DNA from: a bacterium
GTDB lineage: Bacteria > Bdellovibrionota_C > UBA2361 > RFPC01
NCBI GenBank assembly: GCA_030428205.1
Contig: JAUIBK010000016.1
Coordinates: 11,454 to 75,453 of the forward strand
Length of the DNA: 64,000 nucleotides
Direction: 5' to 3'
Under the pieces are notes generated by a model. That model had not been told where the DNA came from and searched no databases. It saw only the letters and a list, made by a program, of their open reading frames with translations. The position numbers and the translations under genes were made by a program. Position 1 is the stretch's first letter. The number at the start of each line of letters is the position of its first letter. Below, one piece after another: positions 40,577 to 50,052 of this stretch.

Positions 40577-42727
40577 ATGGCTTTGCCCGTCTCTGAGAGT
40601 AAGCCCAAATCACCTCAAGAACTCACCGCTGCCGGTGGTCCTGGAATACAGCAACAAGACCCTCCTCTCGATATACCAGTGCAACAAGGGGCTGGAGAAC
40701 CAGCAGTTCTGTCCATCCCCGAGGAGAGTATTTCTCGTCTCTCTCGTATTGAAAAGATTCGACCACTCACGGAGAACTCGCGCATCCTTTTCGGTGCTTT
40801 TGCGGCAATAAACGTTCTGCTCTATCACCTTATTCTTCGGTCTCAAGGCTCAGAGGTGATGAGCAACGAGCTTTTGCTTGGGCTTTTCTGTGTTGTCTCT
40901 AGTGTGCTTGGTGCGCTCACCCTTGTTTTTTCACTCTCAGAGCTCTTCCGCTCAGGTTTTTCAGCGCTCCTGCGTGGTAAGCCTTCAATTGATACCTCGC
41001 TGATGGTGGCGCTTGTCGTTGGTATGGCTGCCATTGTGTATAGCCTCATTTTTGATTTTCAAACACTAAGCCGCTCGGGGTTTGCTGACCTTTATGTACT
41101 TGCTGCCTTTCTTCTTACGGTATGGAGATTTTTAGCAAGCGGATACAGTGAGGCGTTAGGTGATTCGCTCGGTTTTGATCTGCGAAAATACGTCTCAACA
41201 GTGCGTCTCTCCTCTTCTCAAGCTGAAGGTGAGGAGGCCAAAAAAGAGGTTCCTTATCAATCTCTCAAAGAGGGGGCTCAGTTCGAGCTACAAGCCGGTG
41301 ACATGGTGCCCACAGACGCAACGATACTCAAAGGCACGGCTCAGCTAAACGAGAGAAAATTTGGCGGTAAGGCGAGCTCGCACGTTCGCACCGAAGGACA
41401 GACCATTTTTGCTGGCTCTCGAATTGTCGTTGGAAAGCTTGTGTGTGAGGCGCTCTTGCGACCAGAAGATGCGACTATTACAAACTTTAGTTCAAAGCTT
41501 AAAGAGGTTCTTGTTCGTTCGAGGCAGCAAGCCAAAGAGCTCTGGAAGTATGCTCCAGTGCTTAATGCGCTCCTTGTTTTTACGGCAGCATGCTCTGGCG
41601 TGTATTGGTATCAAGAAGGCTTAACTCTGCTCCATACTGTCGAACTGATTATGGCTGTGCTCTTTCTTGCGCCGCTATTGCAGTTTGTTCTTATCGTTCC
41701 ACGTCTGACAGGTCTACTCCTTACGGATCTCTTTATGAAAGGGGCGCTTGTGCACTCTCCTGAAACGTTGCACAAGCTACGGAAACTTGAGCGGCTCACC
41801 CTCTATGTGCATGAGGATGATACGATAGGTGAACCACAGGCAACTTCGTTTGAGATACTCGATTCTCGAGTTGATGAAGAGGGGCTCCGTGCCGTGTTGC
41901 TTGCTATTCTTGGTGCTGTCGACGGCGATAGAGAGCGGTCTCTTGTGCAGTTTCTCTCTAAAGATTCAAAGGTAACACCTCTTCTCGATGTCGATGACCT
42001 CACGGTGTATCCGGGATACGGCTTGTGTGCAACGGTGCGCGGAGTTGAGTTTAGTGTTGGTCGCGAAGGCTTTTTGATTGACCGTGGTGTGCAAATGACC
42101 GCTTCTGAGATAGGCCAAGACACTGAAACTGAAGAGTGGCTCTATATTGCACTTGGCGATGCTCTGGTAGCTCGCAGTAAGTTTATGAGAGCGTTCTATC
42201 AAGACGGAAGAGAGCTCCACGAGAGACTCCGTGCGCTTGGTATTCGGTGTTCGCTTGTCAGTGATTCAATAGATCAGAAGACGCTCGATCATGTAGGTAA
42301 GATTACAGGACTTGACCTGAGCCAGATTCATGGTGGAGCCTCTCTTGAAGAGCTTACTCGCCTCTGTGAGCGCGGGGAGGGACCACTTGCTACGTATGGA
42401 ACTTCTACCGTTCCAAAGGAGCTTCAAGCTCACGGACTCTCTTTTCGACTCTTTGACACCGTTTTGTGGGACCTTAAAGCGGGAGATGTGCTTCTCTTTG
42501 ATAGAAACCTATCGGTTCTCCCAAAGATCGTTTCGGCTGTAAGAAGATTCTATAGACTGAGAAATGTTGGAGTCGCTGTGTTGGCCGCACTCTCAGTGGT
42601 TTTACTCTTGAGTGCCTGTCTTGCTGCTGTGCCGCCACTTGCGCTGCTGCTGAGCTCTATGTTTGCTGCGAGTGCTTTTGGGCTTCTCTCGTTTCTCTTC
42701 CTCCCTGAGCTGCCTAAAGCCTCCTGA
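40577..42727 (+). CDS. P-type-ATPase-like membrane protein with degenerate catalytic motifs
   Basis: P-type architecture with N- and C-terminal transmembrane helices. HEDDTIGEP replaces DKTGT, FGGKAS replaces TGES and SDSI replaces TGDN. Confidence 0.45.
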   Translation: MALPVSESKPKSPQELTAAGGPGIQQQDPPLDIPVQQGAGEPAVLSIPEESISRLSRIEKIRPLTENSRILFGAFAAINVLLYHLILRSQGSEVMSNELLLGLFCVVSSVLGALTLVFSLSELFRSGFSALLRGKPSIDTSLMVALVVGMAAIVYSLIFDFQTLSRSGFADLYVLAAFLLTVWRFLASGYSEALGDSLGFDLRKYVSTVRLSSSQAEGEEAKKEVPYQSLKEGAQFELQAGDMVPTDATILKGTAQLNERKFGGKASSHVRTEGQTIFAGSRIVVGKLVCEALLRPEDATITNFSSKLKEVLVRSRQQAKELWKYAPVLNALLVFTAACSGVYWYQEGLTLLHTVELIMAVLFLAPLLQFVLIVPRLTGLLLTDLFMKGALVHSPETLHKLRKLERLTLYVHEDDTIGEPQATSFEILDSRVDEEGLRAVLLAILGAVDGDRERSLVQFLSKDSKVTPLLDVDDLTVYPGYGLCATVRGVEFSVGREGFLIDRGVQMTASEIGQDTETEEWLYIALGDALVARSKFMRAFYQDGRELHERLRALGIRCSLVSDSIDQKTLDHVGKITGLDLSQIHGGASLEELTRLCERGEGPLATYGTSTVPKELQAHGLSFRLFDTVLWDLKAGDVLLFDRNLSVLPKIVSAVRRFYRLRNVGVAVLAALSVVLLLSACLAAVPPLALLLSSMFAASAFGLLSFLFLPELPKAS

Positions 42728-42840
42728 AATTGTAAATACTTATACATGCAGTGCGTAGATTCCCGTATTCGTCAAAAAAATGACATCGATTGGCCTTTGT
42801 CTCCATCGTAATGGCAGAAGTGGCTACCCAATGGGAGGAG

Positions 42841-43209
42841 ATGATGTCTGAAGCACAATCAAACACTTGGTCAGGCTCAAATGGGAGAACACAAGTCTTT
42901 CTCGTAGATAATATTGCTGAAGAACTTGAGGGATATGCGAGGGGGCCTGAAAGAGCGCTCCTCACGGCGCTCCTCTTTGATGGTATTCAAGCCTATATGA
43001 ATTACGCTATGAGTGATGACTCACGCCCTACGCAAGATAAGTATCGAGAGGCCTACCTGTGGGTGCATACCACTGGCTCAGAGTACGTTTTTAGTTTTGA
43101 AAACGTTTGTGAAGCGCTTGGCATGAACCCCGACTATCTACGATTAGGTTTAGCGAACGCCACAAACTCTCAAACCTTTGAGTGGCGCAGATCGCGTAGA
43201 AATTTCTAG
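42841..43209 (+). CDS. Small hypothetical protein, paralogous to 49077-49364
   Basis: It shares the motif RxLLxAxL...EAxLW...SFxxxCEALxxxPxxLR with 49077-49364. GGGAGGAG RBS before the ATG at 42841. Confidence 0.45.
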   Translation: MMSEAQSNTWSGSNGRTQVFLVDNIAEELEGYARGPERALLTALLFDGIQAYMNYAMSDDSRPTQDKYREAYLWVHTTGSEYVFSFENVCEALGMNPDYLRLGLANATNSQTFEWRRSRRNF

Positions 43210-43390
43210 AGCAAATCTCTGTAAGCGTTTCTTTGAAGTAACTTGAAAGGTTCTAAGTGCAGTAGAGTGTTTGAAGACAAGCATTTCTCCAAAGCTTCGC
43301 AGGCAGCAGAGAATTATTGCTGTGAGGGATAAAGCTACTGCTCGAAAGAGAAACGATTTTATGTGTCAACACTGAGTGGTGAGGACCTCG

Positions 43391-45322
43391 TTATCCTGTT
43401 TCCTTCATACTTCTCTGATTTATTTGAGCTTGCAGCTCTCTTGCTTGGGCGATGAGGGAATCAACGCCAGTGGAAGGAGATTGAGTCCCTTCTCCATAAG
43501 GTCCTCTGTGTTCTGTTGGAAGAAGGGAAGCTACTCGATCACCTAACAGATGAGCCACTACTTGAGGGGAAGAGTTGTTCGCATGTTTGGTAAGCGACTC
43601 GGCTGGGAGTGGTTCGCCAAAGACAACTTGTATTGGACGAGAGGAACTGATCTTCGTAGTTTTTCCGTTTGAGAAGTTGGCGCCACCTACTTGGCACCAG
43701 GGCACGATAACGAGATCGCTCGGAAGTCCGCCACTATTAGAGAAAGCTGTAAGTGTCTCCATAAAGTGTGTTCCAAACGAGTTCATTGCCGTTGGTGAGC
43801 ATTCATTTTCAGGGAAGAGAGCGAGAGCATCAGCTGGGGACCGTAAAGCGTCAAGCCCTATTCTCATTGCCTCTTCGTATGGTGGAAGAGCTGGACTTGC
43901 AGGAAGATTTGTCGAGCGAGGTATGATAATCCTATTTGCGGCTGCTCCTAGAATGCTTTTAGCAAACTGACTGGAATAGTGCTCGTCTTTCTCGGTATGG
44001 GTAAGACCGTCAGCTATTCTCCGTAGACCTGAGGAACGTAAAGCGTGGGAGAGAAGAGTTGCATCACCCCAGCCACTGTGGTTTCCAATGAAAAGAAGTT
44101 TTTTGCCGTCACGATAGAGATCCGTGAGGGCATCCGCTCCAGTAACCTGAAAGTTTTCGTGTGTGAAGATGGACTGTGTCAGAGCTGTTGTGAGAAATTG
44201 GAGGGACCGACTTGCCGGAGAAAGTTCAATCGAAGCAGTTTCTTGAGGTTGTCCTTCAAATTCTCTGTCGAGTGCGGATTTGTATTCTTCAACATAATTG
44301 TTGAGTTCTATAAGTTCACTGTGATCGAGTCTGCTGAGTGCGCTGTGTAAAGCAAACGCGACAGCATCTCCCGCAAAACCGTGTCCGGGAAGAGTCGCCG
44401 AAAGATCTTGAGAGAGTTCGTGTCTGAGACTATCTGCCGATAGAGAAACTCCTTTGCCCCACTTTAAGGTGGGTTGAGTGCTTGGAGATGAGGCTTTGTG
44501 ATCTGTACGGCCAGCGTAGAGTTCTTGTTCTTGGGCGTATTGAGTTACAACGTCAATCCCCTTGGCCCGGCCTGCTCGGATATCGGTAGCATGAATGTTA
44601 TGTAGTCCTGGATAGACGAGAACCGTCTCCTTGAATCCTGGAATTTTGTTGTACATCCTCCGAAAGCCGAAGAATCGATCTGCATGAGGATTCTCTTGGA
44701 TTTCGGGAGTGTGAGTCCAGAGTGTATTTTGTGAGATTGCCTTTTCAAAGTTGTCTGGGCCAAGGAGTACATAATTATTTTTCCCCCAGAGTGAGCGTAG
44801 ACGTAAGTCGTCAAAAGTTCGTTTATCCGTGGGTATAAAAACTCCGGGTTCTTCGAGGGAGTCATCAGGGGAATCGAAAACGGTGATACCTACATTTTCA
44901 AGTGCTCTGCGAGCCATTTCATGTCTGTGCTCAAAGCTTGAAGATTGAGGTTTGTATGGATTTTGAAAAACAACACCGAGATTAACTCGAGAAAAGCCTA
45001 GTTTGAGTGTTTCTTGAATGATTTCTAAGTGGTGAGGTCCAATCGGATCAAATGTCCCTTCGAACCAAACAGAGCACTCGTGCGCATGTGAAGGAGCGCG
45101 AAAAGGATGTTGTTGCAAATGAAGCAGTGCTCGTGGGGGAATATTTGAGGTATCAACGAGTTCTATTGAGTTGTTTTCCCTTGAGGCATCTAGATTTGCT
45201 GCAGGGTGCTCCAGTGCAGCGAGTGGAGAGACGGGAAGAGCTGGCCTTTCTGGTGTGGATTCTGCTGGCTGTTGATTCCCAGGCTGTTCTGATAGATCAG
45301 GTTGCTTCGGATCAGTTTGCAT
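43391..45322 (-). CDS. Fusion protein: NadD-like nucleotidyltransferase domain plus PlsC-type acyltransferase domain
   Basis: GTFDPIGPHHL (HxGH) and IHATDIR (ISSTxIR-like) at the N-terminus. FIGNHSGWGD (NHx4D) acyltransferase motif at the C-terminus. Confidence 0.5.
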   Translation of the reverse strand: MQTDPKQPDLSEQPGNQQPAESTPERPALPVSPLAALEHPAANLDASRENNSIELVDTSNIPPRALLHLQQHPFRAPSHAHECSVWFEGTFDPIGPHHLEIIQETLKLGFSRVNLGVVFQNPYKPQSSSFEHRHEMARRALENVGITVFDSPDDSLEEPGVFIPTDKRTFDDLRLRSLWGKNNYVLLGPDNFEKAISQNTLWTHTPEIQENPHADRFFGFRRMYNKIPGFKETVLVYPGLHNIHATDIRAGRAKGIDVVTQYAQEQELYAGRTDHKASSPSTQPTLKWGKGVSLSADSLRHELSQDLSATLPGHGFAGDAVAFALHSALSRLDHSELIELNNYVEEYKSALDREFEGQPQETASIELSPASRSLQFLTTALTQSIFTHENFQVTGADALTDLYRDGKKLLFIGNHSGWGDATLLSHALRSSGLRRIADGLTHTEKDEHYSSQFAKSILGAAANRIIIPRSTNLPASPALPPYEEAMRIGLDALRSPADALALFPENECSPTAMNSFGTHFMETLTAFSNSGGLPSDLVIVPWCQVGGANFSNGKTTKISSSRPIQVVFGEPLPAESLTKHANNSSPQVVAHLLGDRVASLLPTEHRGPYGEGTQSPSTGVDSLIAQARELQAQINQRSMKETG

Positions 45323-45564
45323 AAATACTACGAAACTCCAAGTTCATAGACTCATAGATAAAAAGAATGATTCGCGATGGGCAGATGGTGAATAAAAGAA
45401 CAACAAATAGACTGGGAGAAGTGGATAGCGAAGGGGAGAGACGAACACACGCCTCACCCGTACTCACATGAACACTAACCCTAGTGGCGCGAAATATAAC
45501 CTAGCGCTTTTCAAATTGCACGGGGACAACGAAAGAAAACGCCACGAGAATTGTTTATTCTTTG

Positions 45565-46398
45565 TTAGTGGTTTGAGGCCAGTTGAAGAGGAGTTCTCTC
45601 ATGGGTGTAAGTTACTGGGTATACTCCCTCAATCCTTGTCGTAATGCGCGATTGGTCGATAGTAACCGTGGCAAAAGCTTCGGCCGCAACACCATTGTCT
45701 TTTGCGTCTTCAATAAATGATTGAATTGTAAAATAGGGAATATTATTGACTACATGGAAGTCATTGGAGTGCATGTGGCCATTAAATACAGCGGCAACTT
45801 TACCTGAGCCTTCGAGGAGTGTTCTCAGGGTTTCACTATGATGGATAAAAGCATACTCCGGGATTCCCTTGAACCAAAAGGTGTCTTCAAGGGGCCTCTC
45901 AACAAGTGGATGGTGAATAAAGACAAGTACAGGCTTTTGAGACTTCTTGAGCTCATCTGATAACCAGGTGAGCTCCTCCTCGGGAATATGTGCATTTTTG
46001 AGTTCTGGTGTGCGGCTATAGAGCACCAAGTTCGTAAATTCTTGAGATTCAAAAGAGTAGTAGAGCTTCTCGTAGCCAAAACCTTCTTGAAGCTCATGCT
46101 CAGAGAGCACGGCTGTGTCGTGGTTCCCAACTACGTGATAGACCGGGCATGGGTGCTGCCCGAAGATCTCCATTGAATCTGCAAGCTTCTTTGACTCTTC
46201 AGAGTGGGAGGGAGCATCTGGGTTTTCTTGAAAAAGATCACCAAGTTGGACGACAAACTCAGTGGGCTTGGATTCTAGTCGGCTCAGTGCTTCTTTGATT
46301 GAGGTTAAAGTCCCGTGTGTTACAGGCTCTTTTGTGACAGGGTGCTTGCGTGGTACGCCTACATGAAAGTCAGAGATGAGGCCAAAAACAGTAGTCAT
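45565..46398 (-). CDS. Calcineurin-like metallophosphoesterase
   Basis: GDLFQEN, YHVVGNHD and GHMH motifs. Confidence 0.7.
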   Translation of the reverse strand: MTTVFGLISDFHVGVPRKHPVTKEPVTHGTLTSIKEALSRLESKPTEFVVQLGDLFQENPDAPSHSEESKKLADSMEIFGQHPCPVYHVVGNHDTAVLSEHELQEGFGYEKLYYSFESQEFTNLVLYSRTPELKNAHIPEEELTWLSDELKKSQKPVLVFIHHPLVERPLEDTFWFKGIPEYAFIHHSETLRTLLEGSGKVAAVFNGHMHSNDFHVVNNIPYFTIQSFIEDAKDNGVAAEAFATVTIDQSRITTRIEGVYPVTYTHERTPLQLASNH

Positions 46399-46682
46399 AA
46401 CACGGTCTCCTTGTTTGGTCGGCGAGATTGTGCCTTATCTCTATTCTTGTTTCAACTGCCACCAACCTGAGTTTCTTCTCCAAGCACCATGAGCTCCGGT
46501 TGAGTTGTTGAGGGTGAGCAGGCCTGTTCGATATTTTACAGTTGCGTCAAGGAATCCCTGAGGAAGTATTGCTCTTCCAGAGGGGTTTGGTATATTTAAA
46601 ACCTCGTTTTGATGTCAGGGGCTATCTATAGTCAGTTTAACTCTCATCCTTTTATGAGTATGAGAAGAGGTGGGTCGTAATT

Positions 46683-48299
46683 ATGCTACATTCGCAAGGT
46701 GAAGGGACCTCAGGAGGTTCATCTAGGAATAACTCAGAACATGCCGTAACTGACCCCTCTGTGTCGCAACAGCTACGTCCTGATGACCAGAGATTGGCAA
46801 TTCTTGCACACCAAGGAGTCCAGGGGGAGCTTCCGCCAAATTCTCTTGCCGCCCTTGAGCAGGCATTTCATACCGCAGACGTTGTTGAATGTGACATCTA
46901 TACAGCCCCAGACTCCAGTGAAATCGTTGTGATTCACCCTGAGAGCTTCTTTCTCTTTGTTGATAAGAATGGGATGCAAAATGAAAAGCCCATTCCGATA
47001 GGCCTTGATGAATTGCGAGCTGTCAATGTTCGTGGCCACCAACTTGTACCGACCTTGAATGAAGTGCTGGATGTCTACACGTCAATCCCAGGAAGAAAGG
47101 CAGAGTTGCATATCGAACTGAAAGGCCCTGGAACAGCTGAGGCTGTTGTGCCCTTGCTCCGTCAACGAGTGGAGTCTGGGGAACTTGCATATGAAGACTT
47201 CCTCCTGACGGGCTTATGTTACAAAGGAGACGAAAAGTCTCGGATTGAAGTTGCTCGTGAACTTGACCCAGAAGCTCGCTTAGTTCTTGTGGTTCGTGGA
47301 GGAGATCTCGAATCAGAAGGATTTGATGGATGGCAAGGAGTTATCGAGAAGGGCAAAGAGCTCCAGGTAGAAGTGATTACGGCAGCAAGAAAATTCCTTA
47401 CTCCAGAGATCGTAGCTCAACTGAGAGATGCTGGTTTTGAAGTTGGATGTTATCACAGCCGTACCTCTGATGAGCTTGAAGCGGCCCTTGCTCTAGAAAC
47501 AGATGTTGTTGCAGCGGACTTCTTTTGTGGTGCGAGTGTGGAAGATTATCCACACGTGCGGAAAAATGGGTCTCCTCTTTTTGCTCCTCTACAAGAAGCA
47601 GGCTATTACCACATGCGTGATCTTATCTGGGAGCTTGGTTGGAAGCTTGAATCACAGCGAGATTCTTGGCCAAATGTTGATCAAGGGCCCGGAAAAGTGC
47701 AGGCAGATGCAGGGGTGCTCCACCGTGAGGACCAACTCATAGCGAAGCTGCTTCATGAAGGAGTCGAGTCTCCGGTCCACTGTGATCTCTCTCGAGTTCT
47801 CATTCCTGAAGAGTTTCTTGGTGACATTGATCGAACAGTATTCTCTACAACAGTGACGTTCTCAGAACTTCTTTCCCCTGGTGGGCAATTACGCCTTAGA
47901 GATAGCTTGCTCGATGATTTTCTTGATCGTGATGTCCCAGGTGTATCTGAAGCTACGGTTGATTTTCTAACAGGTCTTTCCGTGCGTGATTTTTTACGCA
48001 TTGGTGACGGAGTGCCTCAAGAACTCTTACGAGAAGTTTCGCAACCGCTCGATGAAACAGAGCTCTCGTTTTGTGAAACTTTTTCTCGCGATTTTGCCGT
48101 TCGTACGGGACGATTGCTTGGGATGCTTGGATTTACAGCATTAAACCCAAGGCATGGGGCGAAAGATTCTTATACGGTAGCTATCTCGTCACCTCTCTTA
48201 GATGAATCCTCTTGGGCGAGGCAGGGAGCACATGAGCAAGTACAGGCTCAGCTCCTTCGAAGTGGCAAGATGGGGGAAGTGGAGTTTCTTTCTTCCTAG
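46683..48299 (+). CDS. Glycerophosphodiester phosphodiesterase-like N-terminal domain plus a C-terminal domain of unknown function
   Basis: AHQG...PNSLAALEQAF...ECDIYTAPDSSEIVVIHPE resembles the GDPD catalytic region. Confidence 0.45.
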   Translation: MLHSQGEGTSGGSSRNNSEHAVTDPSVSQQLRPDDQRLAILAHQGVQGELPPNSLAALEQAFHTADVVECDIYTAPDSSEIVVIHPESFFLFVDKNGMQNEKPIPIGLDELRAVNVRGHQLVPTLNEVLDVYTSIPGRKAELHIELKGPGTAEAVVPLLRQRVESGELAYEDFLLTGLCYKGDEKSRIEVARELDPEARLVLVVRGGDLESEGFDGWQGVIEKGKELQVEVITAARKFLTPEIVAQLRDAGFEVGCYHSRTSDELEAALALETDVVAADFFCGASVEDYPHVRKNGSPLFAPLQEAGYYHMRDLIWELGWKLESQRDSWPNVDQGPGKVQADAGVLHREDQLIAKLLHEGVESPVHCDLSRVLIPEEFLGDIDRTVFSTTVTFSELLSPGGQLRLRDSLLDDFLDRDVPGVSEATVDFLTGLSVRDFLRIGDGVPQELLREVSQPLDETELSFCETFSRDFAVRTGRLLGMLGFTALNPRHGAKDSYTVAISSPLLDESSWARQGAHEQVQAQLLRSGKMGEVEFLSS

Positions 48300-48373
48300 T
48301 ATTCCGACAGAAAAGTTTTTTCACCTAACGGGGAGGGCCAATACAGTTGGCTAGTGCTCCGTCGGAAGAGATA

Positions 48374-48589
48374 TTACTGCTCTGCTGTTTTTTGTGCGTT
48401 TTCAAGGGCCTCTTGAATTTCACCTTCATCATCTGTTGGGAGAATCTCGCGTGAAATAACGTAGGAGCCGTTTGCCCAACTTCCCAGATCTTTAAGTCTG
48501 CACCGATCGCAGCAGAATGGGAAGGATGGAGACTCGCGCAAGGCAGGTTGTTTACACTCAGGGCAAGGGGGGAGGGACTTGGACGTCAC
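48374..48589 (-). CDS. yacG: Zinc-ribbon DNA gyrase inhibitor YacG-like protein
   Basis: CPECKQP...FCCDRCRLKDLGSW four-Cys ribbon. Confidence 0.6.
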   Translation of the reverse strand: MTSKSLPPCPECKQPALRESPSFPFCCDRCRLKDLGSWANGSYVISREILPTDDEGEIQEALENAQKTAEQ

Positions 48590-48868
48590 TTATTTCTCTT
48601 CGTACTTTCGGATACGTACTTTCTCAACACCAACGGCATCATGTGCGAGAAACTGAAGTTGTTGGAAGGTAGCATCGCGTTTAAGATATTCCTCGTCTTC
48701 ATCACTGCCCGGCTCAATGAAGAGCTCTTCGTGCTCGAAGTGGTAGGAGTTTGCTCGACGGAGGTGCTCGAGGAGAGCGAGTTGAAGCTTTTCGTCTAGG
48801 CTTTGAAGGAGCTTTTCCCAGAGTTCAGGTTGGTTTCCTTTTGCTGTTCCGCCCGCATCAGAAGACAT
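48590..48868 (-). CDS. Hypothetical small acidic protein
   Basis: The ORF abuts yacG. No recognisable domain. Confidence 0.35.
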   Translation of the reverse strand: MSSDAGGTAKGNQPELWEKLLQSLDEKLQLALLEHLRRANSYHFEHEELFIEPGSDEDEEYLKRDATFQQLQFLAHDAVGVEKVRIRKYEEK

Positions 48869-49076
48869 AATGCAACTCTTCTCCTTCTAAAAAATTCCTC
48901 TACCTCTATTATAGATCACAGCCTGTGATCCGTAAAAGGGATGAACTCAATATGTTTTCCCTTTCTTTCATTCTTAAGATGCACAAAACCCCTTTGTCGA
49001 TACATTCTGTTAGACAAAGGGGCTTTTATCAGAAATAAGCAGTCATTCGAGAGAATGCTTATTCTTATGAGAGCGA

Positions 49077-49364
49077 CTACATTGCGGCTTCTTGGCGTTG
49101 TGGAGTGGCGTCTCTGTTGGCTTGAAGTTTAAGGGCGTTGCGAAGGCTTGGCATGTCAAGATCGAGTGCTTCGCAGATAAAGCGGAAAGAGAGTGGGGCA
49201 TCCGTTGGTTCATCGTCCATGAGCCATAACTCAGCACCGTCACGGAGATCCCCGTCTCCTGTGAGGTAGTCAGTGATAGCGCGTTGGAGCACAGCTGCTA
49301 GGAGACGGCGCTCTGGAACTTGTGTGTTGCCAACAGGAACTTCTGCGTTTGACCAAAATTTCAT
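49077..49364 (-). CDS. Small hypothetical protein, paralogous to 42841-43209
   Basis: RRLLAAVLQRAITDYL...AELWL...SFRFICEALDLDMPSLRNAL shares the motif of 42841-43209. Confidence 0.4.
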   Translation of the reverse strand: MKFWSNAEVPVGNTQVPERRLLAAVLQRAITDYLTGDGDLRDGAELWLMDDEPTDAPLSFRFICEALDLDMPSLRNALKLQANRDATPQRQEAAM

Positions 49365-50052
49365 GATGATTACCCTTCAATAATGCTCAGAATAAAAATC
49401 TGTTAATTCAACAGAGAGTTTCATTTCTTCCTACCTTTTAGGGCGAGCAGCCCCGTGCAAGTTATAAGTGAGAAGCCGAAAAAGTCCCTCACCATCGTGA
49501 TTTACCCAACCACATGGCTTGCAAAAGATAGGTGATGTAAAAGAAACAACAGTTTAAGTATTTGTAACTCGTGCTCGAGTCAATCTGCGTGCTTTAGGAT
49601 GAAAATCACCGGCTTTTACTTTCAAGCCCAAACTAAAGGGTCTCGTGAAAAGCAAGCACACACAACAAACTACTGTGGAGATCAAATCATATGAGACCCA
49701 AGCAGTGAGCTGATGAAAAAAACCGAAAGGTGAACCCGAAAAGAGGTAAGTGTTTTCTTTTTACAGGCGGAGTTGTCTCGCCCCCAAAAAAAGAAAGCCC
49801 CAAAAAAAAAGAAAGCATGTCAGAAGTGACAAGCTTTCCCCAAAGACAAGCGAATACTACCGAACGGATATTCGGGAGTCAACGAAAAAATAACATTGCA
49901 CAAATAAAAAGTGCATTCAAAGAAAGTACTAATCAAACCCTCTATGAGGGGCTCACTAGCACCATCAATTGAAAAATAGAACAAAGGGTCAGTTCTTGCA
50001 AGAGGAAGACTCGATAAATATGCGATAGAATGAATCGATGAGCTTGTTAAGG

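Noticed and set aside
49730-49972. 80-aa ORF in the A-rich gap
   Set aside because: It is low-complexity and Lys/Pro/Ser-rich, it derives from A-runs, and it has no RBS.
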